This document shows, piece after piece, positions 1-8,918 of a stretch of DNA of 64,000 nt. Location: NCBI GenBank assembly GCA_017631255.1, contig JAGBTP010000022.1, forward strand, positions 1,264-65,263, given 5' to 3'. Each line of letters starts with the position of its first letter. Positions within the stretch are counted from its first letter, which is position 1. The translations under genes and the position numbers were made by a program. Under the pieces are notes generated by a model, which was given only the letters and a program-made list of their open reading frames with translations, was not told the DNA's origin and did not search any database. The DNA comes from Alistipes sp. (GTDB lineage: Bacteria; Bacteroidota; Bacteroidia; Bacteroidales; Rikenellaceae).

Positions 1-281
1 AAGCCCTCAACAACATCTTCGGCGCTGCTGCGTGCCGATAGAAAGAGTACCTCGACACTACTATTTATACGCTTAAGTTGCTCAACCATCGTAAGGCCAT
101 CCATCTTCGGCATCATAATATCGGCAATAACAAGGTCGGCACCCTGCTCACGGAATATTTCGAGTCCCTCGATGCCATCAGTAGCGAGAGCCACATCATA
201 TCCTGCGCCACGCAGTGCGTCGCCAAGCACCCTGCCGAGTGTGGCCTCATCTTCGACAATAAGTATGCGTTTATCTGCCAT
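1..281 (-). CDS. Response regulator, N-terminal receiver domain (truncated by window edge; probably OmpR family)
   Basis: Manual translation from ATG at 281: MADKRILIVEDEATLG...DLVIADIMMPKMDG...LFLSARS; overlaps the kinase stop codon. Confidence 0.9.
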   Translation of the reverse strand, partial: MADKRILIVEDEATLGRVLGDALRGAGYDVALATDGIEGLEIFREQGADLVIADIMMPKMDGLTMVEQLKRINSSVEVLFLSARSSAEDVVEG

Positions 282-1485
282 AGCGCGGAAGTTTGATAGT
301 GAAACGCGAGCCATAGCCCATCTCCGACTCCACCGCAATTGTGCCGCCGTGGCGCTGTGCGACACTGTGCGCGTAATAGAGACCTATGCCGTAGCCCGAG
401 GTGGTGTAGTTATCGCCATTTGTTATGCGGTAAAACTTATCGAATATACGCTTTTGCTCATTGCGGGGGATGCCTACACCTCTATCCTCGATTATAATAT
501 ATGTATAGCCACTTCGTATTGTCGCGCGTATAGATACCATAGGTTTCTCCTTGGAATACTTGATAGCGTTATCCGCTATGGCCGATATTATACCTTTAAG
601 ATGAAAGCTGTCGGCAACAACGGCGCACCCCTCATCAATATCTATGTTCCAGCTGATCTCACGCGATGAGTATCGAAGGTTGAGTGATGTGCGTACCTCG
701 TTGATGATACTCTCTACATCACACTCCTCGATGCGTAGTTCTGCTGTGGTGAACTCCTCGGTTGATGTGCGTAGTATCTCTTCGACCATAGCACCGAGAC
801 GCTTGAGTTCGCTGAGCGAGATATCGAGGTAGTCGTTGCGCGAAGCCTCGTTCTCGGCTATTGAGGGTATGGTGCGTAGCGCCTCCACCGAGGCATATGC
901 TGCGGCAATGGGTGTCTTGAGTTCGTGCGATATGTTGTGCGTCAGGTCACGCCGTATCGTGTCGACCTCCTTTGCGCGGAAGAGCGTGTGTAACAGGTAG
1001 ATAAATGTTGCGCTAAGGGCTACGATTGAGAGCAGTTGCAGCAGTAACATTCGACGCATACTGCCAAAAATCACGCTACTTGGGTCGGCAACCTTGAGGC
1101 GCAGGATTATCGGTGTGAGATGCTTGTCGACGATGAGCACCTCCTCGTTCGAGACATTGCCCATCGACATAATGATGATTGGCTCCGTGTCGGTTGTCGA
1201 TAGCACCTCCACGCAGTACTCCGTTGCCAGACCCGCAGTGCGCAGGCCCTCGCCTACGAAGGCGTCGAAACGAGTGATGTTGCCGATGTTTATCGAGGCA
1301 TCGCCGTTCATCGAGTTGGTGGCATACTTCCACACCGCCTCCTCGAGCACGCTGCTTATCTGCTGTCGGTAGCTGGCGTGCATATCGCGATAGGTGCGCA
1401 CAGACCACATCGCCTCCACCGCTACCAGAAGCAGTAGCGAGAGTACGGTGGCGAGGGATATGGCTCTGAAGTTCGACTCTTTCAT
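271..1485 (-). CDS. Sensor histidine kinase (2 TM, HisKA + HATPase)
   Basis: H-box HNISHELKTP, N-box DNAIKYS, G boxes DRGVGI and GYGIGL. Confidence 0.95.
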   Translation of the reverse strand: MKESNFRAISLATVLSLLLLVAVEAMWSVRTYRDMHASYRQQISSVLEEAVWKYATNSMNGDASINIGNITRFDAFVGEGLRTAGLATEYCVEVLSTTDTEPIIIMSMGNVSNEEVLIVDKHLTPIILRLKVADPSSVIFGSMRRMLLLQLLSIVALSATFIYLLHTLFRAKEVDTIRRDLTHNISHELKTPIAAAYASVEALRTIPSIAENEASRNDYLDISLSELKRLGAMVEEILRTSTEEFTTAELRIEECDVESIINEVRTSLNLRYSSREISWNIDIDEGCAVVADSFHLKGIISAIADNAIKYSKEKPMVSIRATIRSGYTYIIIEDRGVGIPRNEQKRIFDKFYRITNGDNYTTSGYGIGLYYAHSVAQRHGGTIAVESEMGYGSRFTIKLPRYGR

Positions 1486-1505
1486 TGGCGTGAGTTGCTT
1501 TTAGA

Positions 1506-1513
1506 CAAAGGTA
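1506..1513 (-). promoter_or_regulatory. Bacteroidota sigma-A -7 element for the TCS operon
   Basis: TACCTTTG (TAnnTTTG) on minus strand about 20 nt before the ATG. Confidence 0.7.
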
Positions 1514-1551
1514 ACGAAAAAATCGTAGCGAGAGGTATTGCGCATAGCGAT

Positions 1552-1588
1552 TTAACAATTTTTAACATTTATCTTAACACTCTTTAAC
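1552..1588. promoter_or_regulatory. Four phased TTAAC direct repeats, putative response-regulator binding site
   Basis: TTAAC at 1552, 1562, 1574 and 1584, between the divergent promoters. Confidence 0.6.
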
Positions 1589-1620
1589 CTTAATTGTTAG
1601 GCAGTCAAGTTTTTAGCCAC

Positions 1621-1628
1621 TATCTTTG
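1621..1628 (+). promoter_or_regulatory. Sigma-A -7 element for the TonB-C gene
   Basis: TATCTTTG. Confidence 0.7.
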
Positions 1629-1684
1629 CAGTAGGAAAACAAAGGGCCCTTACCTACGATTTACGAACCTTAAAAAGTAGAGTT

Positions 1685-2869
1685 ATGAAACGCATACTTA
1701 TTATTATGGTGGCCCTCGCCACCACGCTTAAAGTTTATGCCACACCAGAGTTGCAGCAGCCGCTCTATGTCGTGGATGGCAAGGCTATATCTATCGAGCA
1801 TATGCAGCGCCTCGCATCGGACATCGAGTCGATGACAATCTTCAAGAGCGACGAGGATGTTAAGCGCTTTGCGCACCTGGGCGACACCTCGAATGGCGTC
1901 GTGGTGCTCACGCTTAAGAGCAGCACCGAGGAGGATCTACCTTTTGTTTTTGCAGAGGTGATGCCACAGTTTATGGGTGGCGACCTCCTCGCCTTCCGTA
2001 GCTGGGTGATGCAGAACCTACGCTACCCTGAGGGTGCGCTCGAGATGGGATTAGAGGATACCGTGGTTGTGCAGTTCATTGTCGACCGCAATGGCTATAT
2101 CGAGCAGGAATCAGTAAACATAATTCAGTCGAGCTACCCCGATATCTTCGGCACAGAGGTCAAACGCGTAATAGGCACCTCACCTCGTTGGACCCCAGGT
2201 GTGAACAATGGTCGTACGGTGGCGGTAAGTTTTTGCTTGCCAATCACCTTCAAGGTGGAGGGCTCAGCAAGAGAGAATGGTGAGGATTCGCTTAAGGTTG
2301 AACATCCGAATGAGATTGTGATTCAGGCATATGGCAGTAGCGGTGCGCGCCAGGGTGATGACGCCCCGATCTATGTAATAGACGGCGTGCCATCTACGGC
2401 AGAGGTGGTCAAGAGCCTCCCTGCCAGCGCTATTAAGCAAGTGGTGCTACTCAAGGATACGGAGATGCTCAGCTACTACAAGGATTACGGTAATATCGAG
2501 AACGGCGTGATGATTATCCATACTAACTCGCTCGACGCCAATGTTGAGAACTCACCCGATACGCTCCCGATTTTTATGGATAGTGGATTTGAGGCCTTCT
2601 ATAAGTGGCTGATGCAGAACCTGCGTTACCCTGTTGAGCTTCGTCAGAAGAATCTTAGCTCGCATATGGTGGTTGAGTTCATTGTTAACAGCGTGGGCTA
2701 CATCGAGATAGTCGATATCAATACTATCAAGGGTACGGCAGACAAGCAATTTGAGGATGAGGTGCGCCGTGTTATGTTAAGTGCGCCGCAGTGGAAGCCT
2801 GGCGTCAAGGATGGTAAGCCCGTGGCTTGCAGAATGACAATACCCGTAGTTTTTGGTACGGTGGAGTAG
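1685..2869 (+). CDS. Secreted TonB C-terminal domain protein with a duplicated (plug-like + TonB_C) module
   Basis: Signal peptide; two NLRYP...V.FIV...G...P.W.PG...G..VA....P..F TonB_C repeats, each preceded by PLYVVDG / PIYVIDG...NGV plug-like segments. Confidence 0.8.
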   Translation: MKRILIIMVALATTLKVYATPELQQPLYVVDGKAISIEHMQRLASDIESMTIFKSDEDVKRFAHLGDTSNGVVVLTLKSSTEEDLPFVFAEVMPQFMGGDLLAFRSWVMQNLRYPEGALEMGLEDTVVVQFIVDRNGYIEQESVNIIQSSYPDIFGTEVKRVIGTSPRWTPGVNNGRTVAVSFCLPITFKVEGSARENGEDSLKVEHPNEIVIQAYGSSGARQGDDAPIYVIDGVPSTAEVVKSLPASAIKQVVLLKDTEMLSYYKDYGNIENGVMIIHTNSLDANVENSPDTLPIFMDSGFEAFYKWLMQNLRYPVELRQKNLSSHMVVEFIVNSVGYIEIVDINTIKGTADKQFEDEVRRVMLSAPQWKPGVKDGKPVACRMTIPVVFGTVE

Positions 2870-2890
2870 CAGCAGGGTAGTATATAGTTG

Positions 2891-2924
2891 TGGGGCATAG
2901 TGTCGATTAACGCACTATGCCCCA
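2891..2924. terminator. Hairpin terminator between convergent TonB-C gene and rnfA
   Basis: TGGGGCATAGTG / CACTATGCCCCA inverted repeat. Confidence 0.7.
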
Positions 2925-3009
2925 TCTATTTTGGTCTAACTTGCCTAATGCCTACGGTGGCAGTGTTGCGCCGCTATTGCATCAGGCGAATATGTTGATA
3001 CTAATCTAA

Positions 3010-3678
3010 TTATGGCAGTGGCACCACATTGGCAAAGCCCATAAATGCCATTGCGAGAAGGCCTGCGGTGATGAGGGCGATGGGCACGCCACGCATAGCC
3101 TCAGGGGTGTCCTCGGTCTCGAGGCGCTCACGAATACCAGCCAAAAGTACCAACGCAAGGGCAAAGCCGATAGCCATAGCTACGGCGTAGATGACGCCCG
3201 TAAGAAGGTCAAAGTTCTTCTGGATGGCGATAATCGCAACGCCGAGTACCGCACAGTTGGTGGTGATGAGCGGCAGGAAGATACCGAGCGCCTGATAGAG
3301 TGCTGGTGACACCTTCTTAAGCACGATCTCGACCATCTGCACCAAGGCCGCGATGACCAGGATAAAGGTGATGGTCTGCATATATGCGATGCCGAATGGC
3401 ACGAGTATGTATGTCTGTATCAGCCAAGTAACCACCGATGCCAATGCCATAACGAATGTTACGGCCATACCCATACCCAGCGATGTCTCCACCTTCGACG
3501 ACACGCCGAGGAAGGGGCAGATACCGAGGAACTGCGACAGCACCACATTGTTAACGAAGATAGCGCCAATGACGATGGCAAATAGCGTGATAGCCTGAAC
3601 GCTAACGCTGCCCGTGGCGAAGCCCTCGAGCACCTCGCCCGAGATGTTATCCGCAACCAATATACTCAAAATATTCAT
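3010..3678 (-). CDS. rnfA: Rnf complex subunit A
   Basis: NNVVLSQFLGICPFLGVS, LPLITTNCAVLG; position in operon. Confidence 0.95.
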   Translation of the reverse strand: MNILSILVADNISGEVLEGFATGSVSVQAITLFAIVIGAIFVNNVVLSQFLGICPFLGVSSKVETSLGMGMAVTFVMALASVVTWLIQTYILVPFGIAYMQTITFILVIAALVQMVEIVLKKVSPALYQALGIFLPLITTNCAVLGVAIIAIQKNFDLLTGVIYAVAMAIGFALALVLLAGIRERLETEDTPEAMRGVPIALITAGLLAMAFMGFANVVPLP

Positions 3679-3680
3679 AA

Positions 3681-4262
3681 CTATCTCTTTGCTACTTTGT
3701 TAAACAATACCATCAGGTAGCCAAGCACGAGGAAGCCACCAGGTGCGAGGATGAAGAGCAGCGGCATACCGCTATCGGCGAACGACAGGCCGAAGATTGA
3801 GCCTGAGCCGAGCGCCTCACGCACCATACCTATGGCTGTGAGCGAGAGCGTAAAGCCAAGGCCGATGCCGATGCCGTCGAGGGCTGAGTCAACGACGCCA
3901 TTCTTCGATGCAAATGCCTCGGCACGACCGAGGATGATGCAGTTCACCACGATAAGTGGGATGAAGACACCGAGTGACGCATAGAGCGAGGGCACATAGG
4001 CCTGCATAAGCATCTCTATTATCGTCACGAACGAGGCGATGACTACGATAAAGGCTGGGATGCGCACCTTGTCTGGGATAAGGTTCTTGATGAGTGAGAT
4101 AACGATGTTCGACATAATAAGTACGGCCATCGTCGCAACGCCCATACCCATACCATTTATTGCCGATGATGTGACACCGAGCGTTGGGCACATACCGAGT
4201 ACAAGCACAAAGGTAGGGTTATTCTTGATGATACCCTTAGTGATAATCTGAAGCTTACTCAT
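3681..4262 (-). CDS. rnfE: Rnf complex subunit E
   Basis: NPTFVLVLGMCPTLGVT, IPLIVVNCIILGRAE. Confidence 0.95.
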   Translation of the reverse strand: MSKLQIITKGIIKNNPTFVLVLGMCPTLGVTSSAINGMGMGVATMAVLIMSNIVISLIKNLIPDKVRIPAFIVVIASFVTIIEMLMQAYVPSLYASLGVFIPLIVVNCIILGRAEAFASKNGVVDSALDGIGIGLGFTLSLTAIGMVREALGSGSIFGLSFADSGMPLLFILAPGGFLVLGYLMVLFNKVAKR

Positions 4263-4959
4263 TACTCATATCTCCTTCCTGAGCCTCTGGCTCCCAATCG
4301 TTTGTCATCGATGCTCCCGTAGGTGCATCCTCCATCGCCTCCTCTATCGCCTCCTCGCTGGTATCGAGTGCTCCCGTAGCCCAGAGGTAGCCCGCGTAGG
4401 CTGTCTCCACGGCGTTGGCATAGGCACGCGACGATATTGTTGAGCCTGTGAGTGCGTCGAACGAGCCTCCCTCCTTTGTAACGGCGAAGATGAGCTCAGC
4501 AGCAACCTTGCCCACAACGCTACGCTCGAGGCTGTTGCCCTCGTTCATCATATTGGCACCGAGGCCTGGCGTCTCCTTCTGAGAGAGCACCTCGACGCTG
4601 CTTACAATAACATCATTACCCTCCTTGACGAAGCCCACCATTAGCGTGATGCGGTCGGCATAGCCGTTCTTGGTGATGCTTGGCGCCTCCACGGCATAGC
4701 CGATAAGCGAGTTGTCCTCGGCACGAACCACGATGCTCACCGTGATGTCGAAGTCGCCGATGGTACGCGTAGTATCGCGTGCGATGGTTGCCTCCTCAGG
4801 TGTTGTGCCCACGACGCTAAACTTGGCAGCGTTCTTGGCAGCGAGCTGGCTGGCGGCAATAGCATCCTTAGTCATATCGTTTACAAGCGCAACGAGAAGT
4901 GCTGCGATGGCGGTGATGGCAAATAGCACCACGACCATATTCTTTAATGAACTCTTCAT
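4255..4959 (-). CDS. rnfG: Rnf complex subunit G
   Basis: Likely start MKSSLKNM at 4959; ETPGLG; FMN motif DALTGSTISS. Confidence 0.92.
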   Translation of the reverse strand: MKSSLKNMVVVLFAITAIAALLVALVNDMTKDAIAASQLAAKNAAKFSVVGTTPEEATIARDTTRTIGDFDITVSIVVRAEDNSLIGYAVEAPSITKNGYADRITLMVGFVKEGNDVIVSSVEVLSQKETPGLGANMMNEGNSLERSVVGKVAAELIFAVTKEGGSFDALTGSTISSRAYANAVETAYAGYLWATGALDTSEEAIEEAMEDAPTGASMTNDWEPEAQEGDMSNE

Positions 4960-4969
4960 CTCCACCCAA

Positions 4970-5923
4970 TTATTTAGTTCCGAAACGCTTAGGACGGCAA
5001 TACTTATTGATAAGTGGCGTTGCGGCATTCATAATGAATATCGCAAACGACATACCCTCGGGATAGGCACCCCAGAGGCGTATCACCATAGTAATCACAC
5101 CGATACCCACGCCGTAGATGAGCATACCCTTATGCGTCATAGGCGAGGTAGAGTAGTCGGTGGCCATATAGATAGCACCGAGCAGCGCACCACCCGCAAG
5201 GAGGTGGAACAGCGGAAGCTCATAGATGAGCGAGCCGCCCTCCGTAGCACCTACGCATAGCGCAAAGAGTGCCATTGTGCCGAGCACGCTGACAGGAATA
5301 TGCCAGGTGATGACCCTGCGGTAGAGGAGGTAGATGCCGCCAAGGATAAGTGCTGCAGCACTTATCTCACCCATCGAGCCATTCATATAGCCGCCAAACA
5401 TATTCAAAAAGTCGACATCGGCGAGCTGGCCGTAGTCGTACTTAACATTGGCGAGCAGCGTCGAGCCCGAAAGAGCATCTGGCGTAGCTGTTGTCCAGTC
5501 GGTCATCTCCACGGGATATGCCATAAGCAGGAAGATACGACCCGTCAGTGCAGGGTTAAATGGGTTAGTACCCAAGCCGCCGAAGGTCATCTTACCGATG
5601 CCGATGGCCACAAGGGCGCCAATAACAACAATCCACCAAGGAATACCCGTTGGGAGGTTGAAGGCGAGCAGGATACCCGTCACCACAGCCGAGAAGTCAC
5701 CCACGGTAGCGGTGCGCTTGAGCAGGAAGCGCGCAATGAGATACTCGAAAGCGACGCAGCTAACTACCGCCACAGCAGTGATTAGTAACACCCTGAGTCC
5801 CAACACATATGTCGAGACTGCCAACGCAGGCAGGAGTGCCAGCACCACATCGCACATTATGCGCTTGGTGCTCTCTCCGCCGTGGATATGTGGCGAGGGT
5901 GCAGCAAAAAGTCTGGTTGCCAT
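4970..5923 (-). CDS. rnfD: Rnf complex subunit D
   Basis: SPHIH, FGGLGTNPFNPAL, MATDYSTSP. Confidence 0.95.
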   Translation of the reverse strand: MATRLFAAPSPHIHGGESTKRIMCDVVLALLPALAVSTYVLGLRVLLITAVAVVSCVAFEYLIARFLLKRTATVGDFSAVVTGILLAFNLPTGIPWWIVVIGALVAIGIGKMTFGGLGTNPFNPALTGRIFLLMAYPVEMTDWTTATPDALSGSTLLANVKYDYGQLADVDFLNMFGGYMNGSMGEISAAALILGGIYLLYRRVITWHIPVSVLGTMALFALCVGATEGGSLIYELPLFHLLAGGALLGAIYMATDYSTSPMTHKGMLIYGVGIGVITMVIRLWGAYPEGMSFAIFIMNAATPLINKYCRPKRFGTK

Positions 5924-5974
5924 ATATAAATCGTTTTTATCGTTTTTTCGTTCGTTATAACTTCTGCCGTCGTA

Positions 5975-7327
5975 CTACTTCTTATTCGCAGCCGCACGCG
6001 CGCGTATGTTGGCCATTACGGTCTGCTTGCCGATGCGTATGTAGTCGAGCAGTGGCAGGTTCGATGGGCAGGTGTACGAGCAGCAGCCGCACTCGATGCA
6101 GTCTACGGTGTTGTGCTCCTCGGCGATGTCCCACTTCTGCAACTTGGCGAGCTTGGTGAGGAGGTATGGCTCGAGACCCATAGGGCAGGCCGATACGCAC
6201 TTAGCGCACTTGATGCAGGCACTCTCCTTGCCACGCGGCACATCGCTACCCGTAAGCACTGTGATGCCCGAACAACCCTTGATGAATGGCGATGAGGTCT
6301 CCACAATCGCACGACCCATCATAGGGCCGCCGTTGAGCACCTTAACATCGCCCTCAGGGATGCCGCCGCACCTCTCCAAAAGGTCGTTTATCGATACGCC
6401 GAAGCGAGCCAAGTAGTTGTGTGTCGAGCCCAGACCCTTACCCGTAAGTGTCACCACGCGCTCGATGAGAGGCTTATTCTTCTGCACCGCCTCGTACACG
6501 GCGATTGCCGACGATACATTACATACCACTGCACCCTCCGATAGTGGCAGTGCTGGTGGTGGTGCCACCTGGCGACCCGTAACGGCGGCGATGAGCTGCT
6601 TCTCACCACCCTGTGGGTAGCGCAACTTGAGCGGCTCAACCTCGATGCCACGATAGCCGTCGCGCACGATGACATCACGCAGGTGAGCTATCGCATCGGG
6701 CTTGTTGTTCTCCACGCCGATAATGGCTCTCTCCACGCCGATGGCGCGCATAATAATCTCCACGCCGGTGAGCAGCATCTCGGCACGCTCAACCATATTA
6801 CGGTAGTCAGAGGTGAGGTAAGGCTCGCACTCCACGCCGTTGATGATGAGCACCTCGGCCTTCTGACCATCTGGAATAGAGAGTTTTACATGTGTTGGGA
6901 ACTGCGCACCGCCAAGGCCTACGACACCTGCGGCCTTGATGCGTGCGATTATCTCTGCCGTCTCGAGCCTACACTCGCGCTTATGCTCCTGAGAGCGGTC
7001 GATGCTCTCCACCCACTCGTCACCCTCGCGCTTGATAGCCACCATTGTGATAAGCTGACCCTGACCATTAGGGTAGCTGTCGATAGCGGTCACCGTACCC
7101 GAAATTGGTGAGTGAATGTTTGCTGACACGAAGCCTACGGCCTCGCCTATGAGCTGACCCGTAAGCACCTTGTCGCCCTTGGCAACAAGTGGTACCGCGG
7201 GGGTGCCTATATGCTGAATCAGAGGTATCTTAACCTCGTTGGGCAAGTCCAAAACCTCGATAGCCCTATCCTTGCTCCACTCCTTATTATCTGACGGGTG
7301 AATACCGCCTATTGGAAAACTCTTCAT
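5975..7327 (-). CDS. rnfC: Rnf complex subunit C
   Basis: GGIHP, GLGGAQFPTHVK, ECEPYLTSD, two 4Fe-4S motifs. Confidence 0.95.
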   Translation of the reverse strand: MKSFPIGGIHPSDNKEWSKDRAIEVLDLPNEVKIPLIQHIGTPAVPLVAKGDKVLTGQLIGEAVGFVSANIHSPISGTVTAIDSYPNGQGQLITMVAIKREGDEWVESIDRSQEHKRECRLETAEIIARIKAAGVVGLGGAQFPTHVKLSIPDGQKAEVLIINGVECEPYLTSDYRNMVERAEMLLTGVEIIMRAIGVERAIIGVENNKPDAIAHLRDVIVRDGYRGIEVEPLKLRYPQGGEKQLIAAVTGRQVAPPPALPLSEGAVVCNVSSAIAVYEAVQKNKPLIERVVTLTGKGLGSTHNYLARFGVSINDLLERCGGIPEGDVKVLNGGPMMGRAIVETSSPFIKGCSGITVLTGSDVPRGKESACIKCAKCVSACPMGLEPYLLTKLAKLQKWDIAEEHNTVDCIECGCCSYTCPSNLPLLDYIRIGKQTVMANIRARAAANKK

Positions 7328-7344
7328 ACTCTTCTACGATGCTC

Positions 7345-8235
7345 TTATTTAGCCTCTTCGCTCTTGTTACTATTTGCTGCCGAGCCCTGCGCTGGTGTTA
7401 CCTTAGGCTCCTTAGGCAGGCGCTCCATATTCTCCAGGCGGATGGCACCCGTAGGGCACTCGTTCACGCACTTACGGCAGAGCTTGCACTTCTCTGGGTC
7501 GATGTATGCCAGGTTGTTGTCCACTGTGATAGCACCAAAGGCACACACCTTGGCACACTTGCCGCAGCCGATACATCCCGCCTTGCAGGCCTTCATCACC
7601 ACCGCACCACGATTCTTCGAGCGGCACGACACATATATCGCACGGTTCTTAGGCCACTTCTTGCGAAGCTCGAACAAGCCCTTAGGGCAGGCCTTGACGC
7701 AAGCACCGCAGGCGCAGCACTTATCGGCATCAACCTCCACAAGACCCGTCTTAGGGTTGATGTGTAGCGCACCGAACTGACACGCCTTCACGCAGTCGCC
7801 ATAGCCGAGGCAGCCGTATGCGCAGGCCGACTCACCCACATATAAGGAGTTGACAACGGCACAGCTGAGCGCACCGTCGTAGTGGTTAACCTTTGGTCGC
7901 TTGTCGCACGAGCCGCCGCAGCGCATCGTAGCCACCATAGGGCCCTTGTCGGCCGCCGCCTTACCCAAGTATGATGCGATGTCTTTCATCACACCGCCAC
8001 CCGCTACGGGGCAGAAGAGCGATGCTATGCTATCACGCGTAACCAGCGCCTCCGACATAGCACGACAACCGGCAAAGCCGCAACCGCCGCAGTTAGCACC
8101 AGGAAGCATCTTCTCCACCTCGTCGATGCGTGGATCCTCCTCTACCTTGAATTTCTGTGCAACGAAATACAAGATAACAGCCAATAGTCCACCAAGTAGG
8201 CTGAGTGTTAAGACTGTTAAAACTAAAGTGTTCAT
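7345..8235 (-). CDS. rnfB: Rnf complex subunit B (polyferredoxin)
   Basis: LPGANCGGCGFAGC plus multiple CxxCxxCxxxC motifs. Confidence 0.95.
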   Translation of the reverse strand: MNTLVLTVLTLSLLGGLLAVILYFVAQKFKVEEDPRIDEVEKMLPGANCGGCGFAGCRAMSEALVTRDSIASLFCPVAGGGVMKDIASYLGKAAADKGPMVATMRCGGSCDKRPKVNHYDGALSCAVVNSLYVGESACAYGCLGYGDCVKACQFGALHINPKTGLVEVDADKCCACGACVKACPKGLFELRKKWPKNRAIYVSCRSKNRGAVVMKACKAGCIGCGKCAKVCAFGAITVDNNLAYIDPEKCKLCRKCVNECPTGAIRLENMERLPKEPKVTPAQGSAANSNKSEEAK

Positions 8236-8651
8236 TACTCCTTAATAATTGTAAATTCTATCTTTTTTTCAATTTTGTGTCGTAGTGCGTATAAACCCAC
8301 ATAATATACCGCCACCGCCGCTATTGCCGCCACTGCCGCTATGCCGTCGTTAAGGCCTATGCCCTTGACTATGCTGAGCGCTGCGAGCAGCACCACAAGG
8401 GGTAGGATGTAACCGTAGATTATCGACGAGAAGCCCATCGTGTTGGATAGCAATGCCACCCTCACGCGCTCGCCAACGCTAAACTGCGAGGCGTAGGGGC
8501 TATTCACGATAATTTCGCGCTTTGCACCCTTCTCCGAACAGAGACCCTTGGCGTGACACGCCGCACAGGCCGACTGCTGCTCGACGATGACAATGACCTT
8601 GTCGCCCTCGATGCGCTCGACAATACCCCTGTGCTGTAATCTCGTGCTCAT
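8235..8651 (-). CDS. RseC/MucC-family SoxR reducing system protein
   Basis: SACAACHAKGLC, two C-terminal TM helices; first gene of the rnf operon. Confidence 0.85.
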   Translation of the reverse strand: MSTRLQHRGIVERIEGDKVIVIVEQQSACAACHAKGLCSEKGAKREIIVNSPYASQFSVGERVRVALLSNTMGFSSIIYGYILPLVVLLAALSIVKGIGLNDGIAAVAAIAAVAVYYVGLYALRHKIEKKIEFTIIKE

Positions 8652-8679
8652 ACTTGTGTGTGGGATGTTTGGCTTAAGT

Positions 8680-8838
8680 CTACCTTCTTACATTGTTGAG
8701 TATCACTAGTGCTGCAATGACACCTGGCACCCAGCCGCAAAGCGTGAGTAAGAAGACTATCAATAACGAGCCACACCCCTGGTCGATAACGGCCAAAGGT
8801 GGGAAAATGATTGCAAGCAAAACTCTCAATAGTGACAT
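8680..8838 (-). CDS. YqaE/Pmp3-family small membrane proteolipid (52 aa; absent from ORF track)
   Basis: Manual translation MSLLRVLLAIIFPPLAVIDQGCGSLLIVFLLTLCGWVPGVIAALVILNNVRR, with PPLAV and GWVPG motifs. Confidence 0.9.
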   Translation of the reverse strand: MSLLRVLLAIIFPPLAVIDQGCGSLLIVFLLTLCGWVPGVIAALVILNNVRR

Positions 8839-8918
8839 ATCCTACGCTATCTCTATGTTCTCCATACGGCCACCCGTTCGTTCAGTGGCAATATGGCTAA
8901 TTTCTAATGGCCGTCTCG

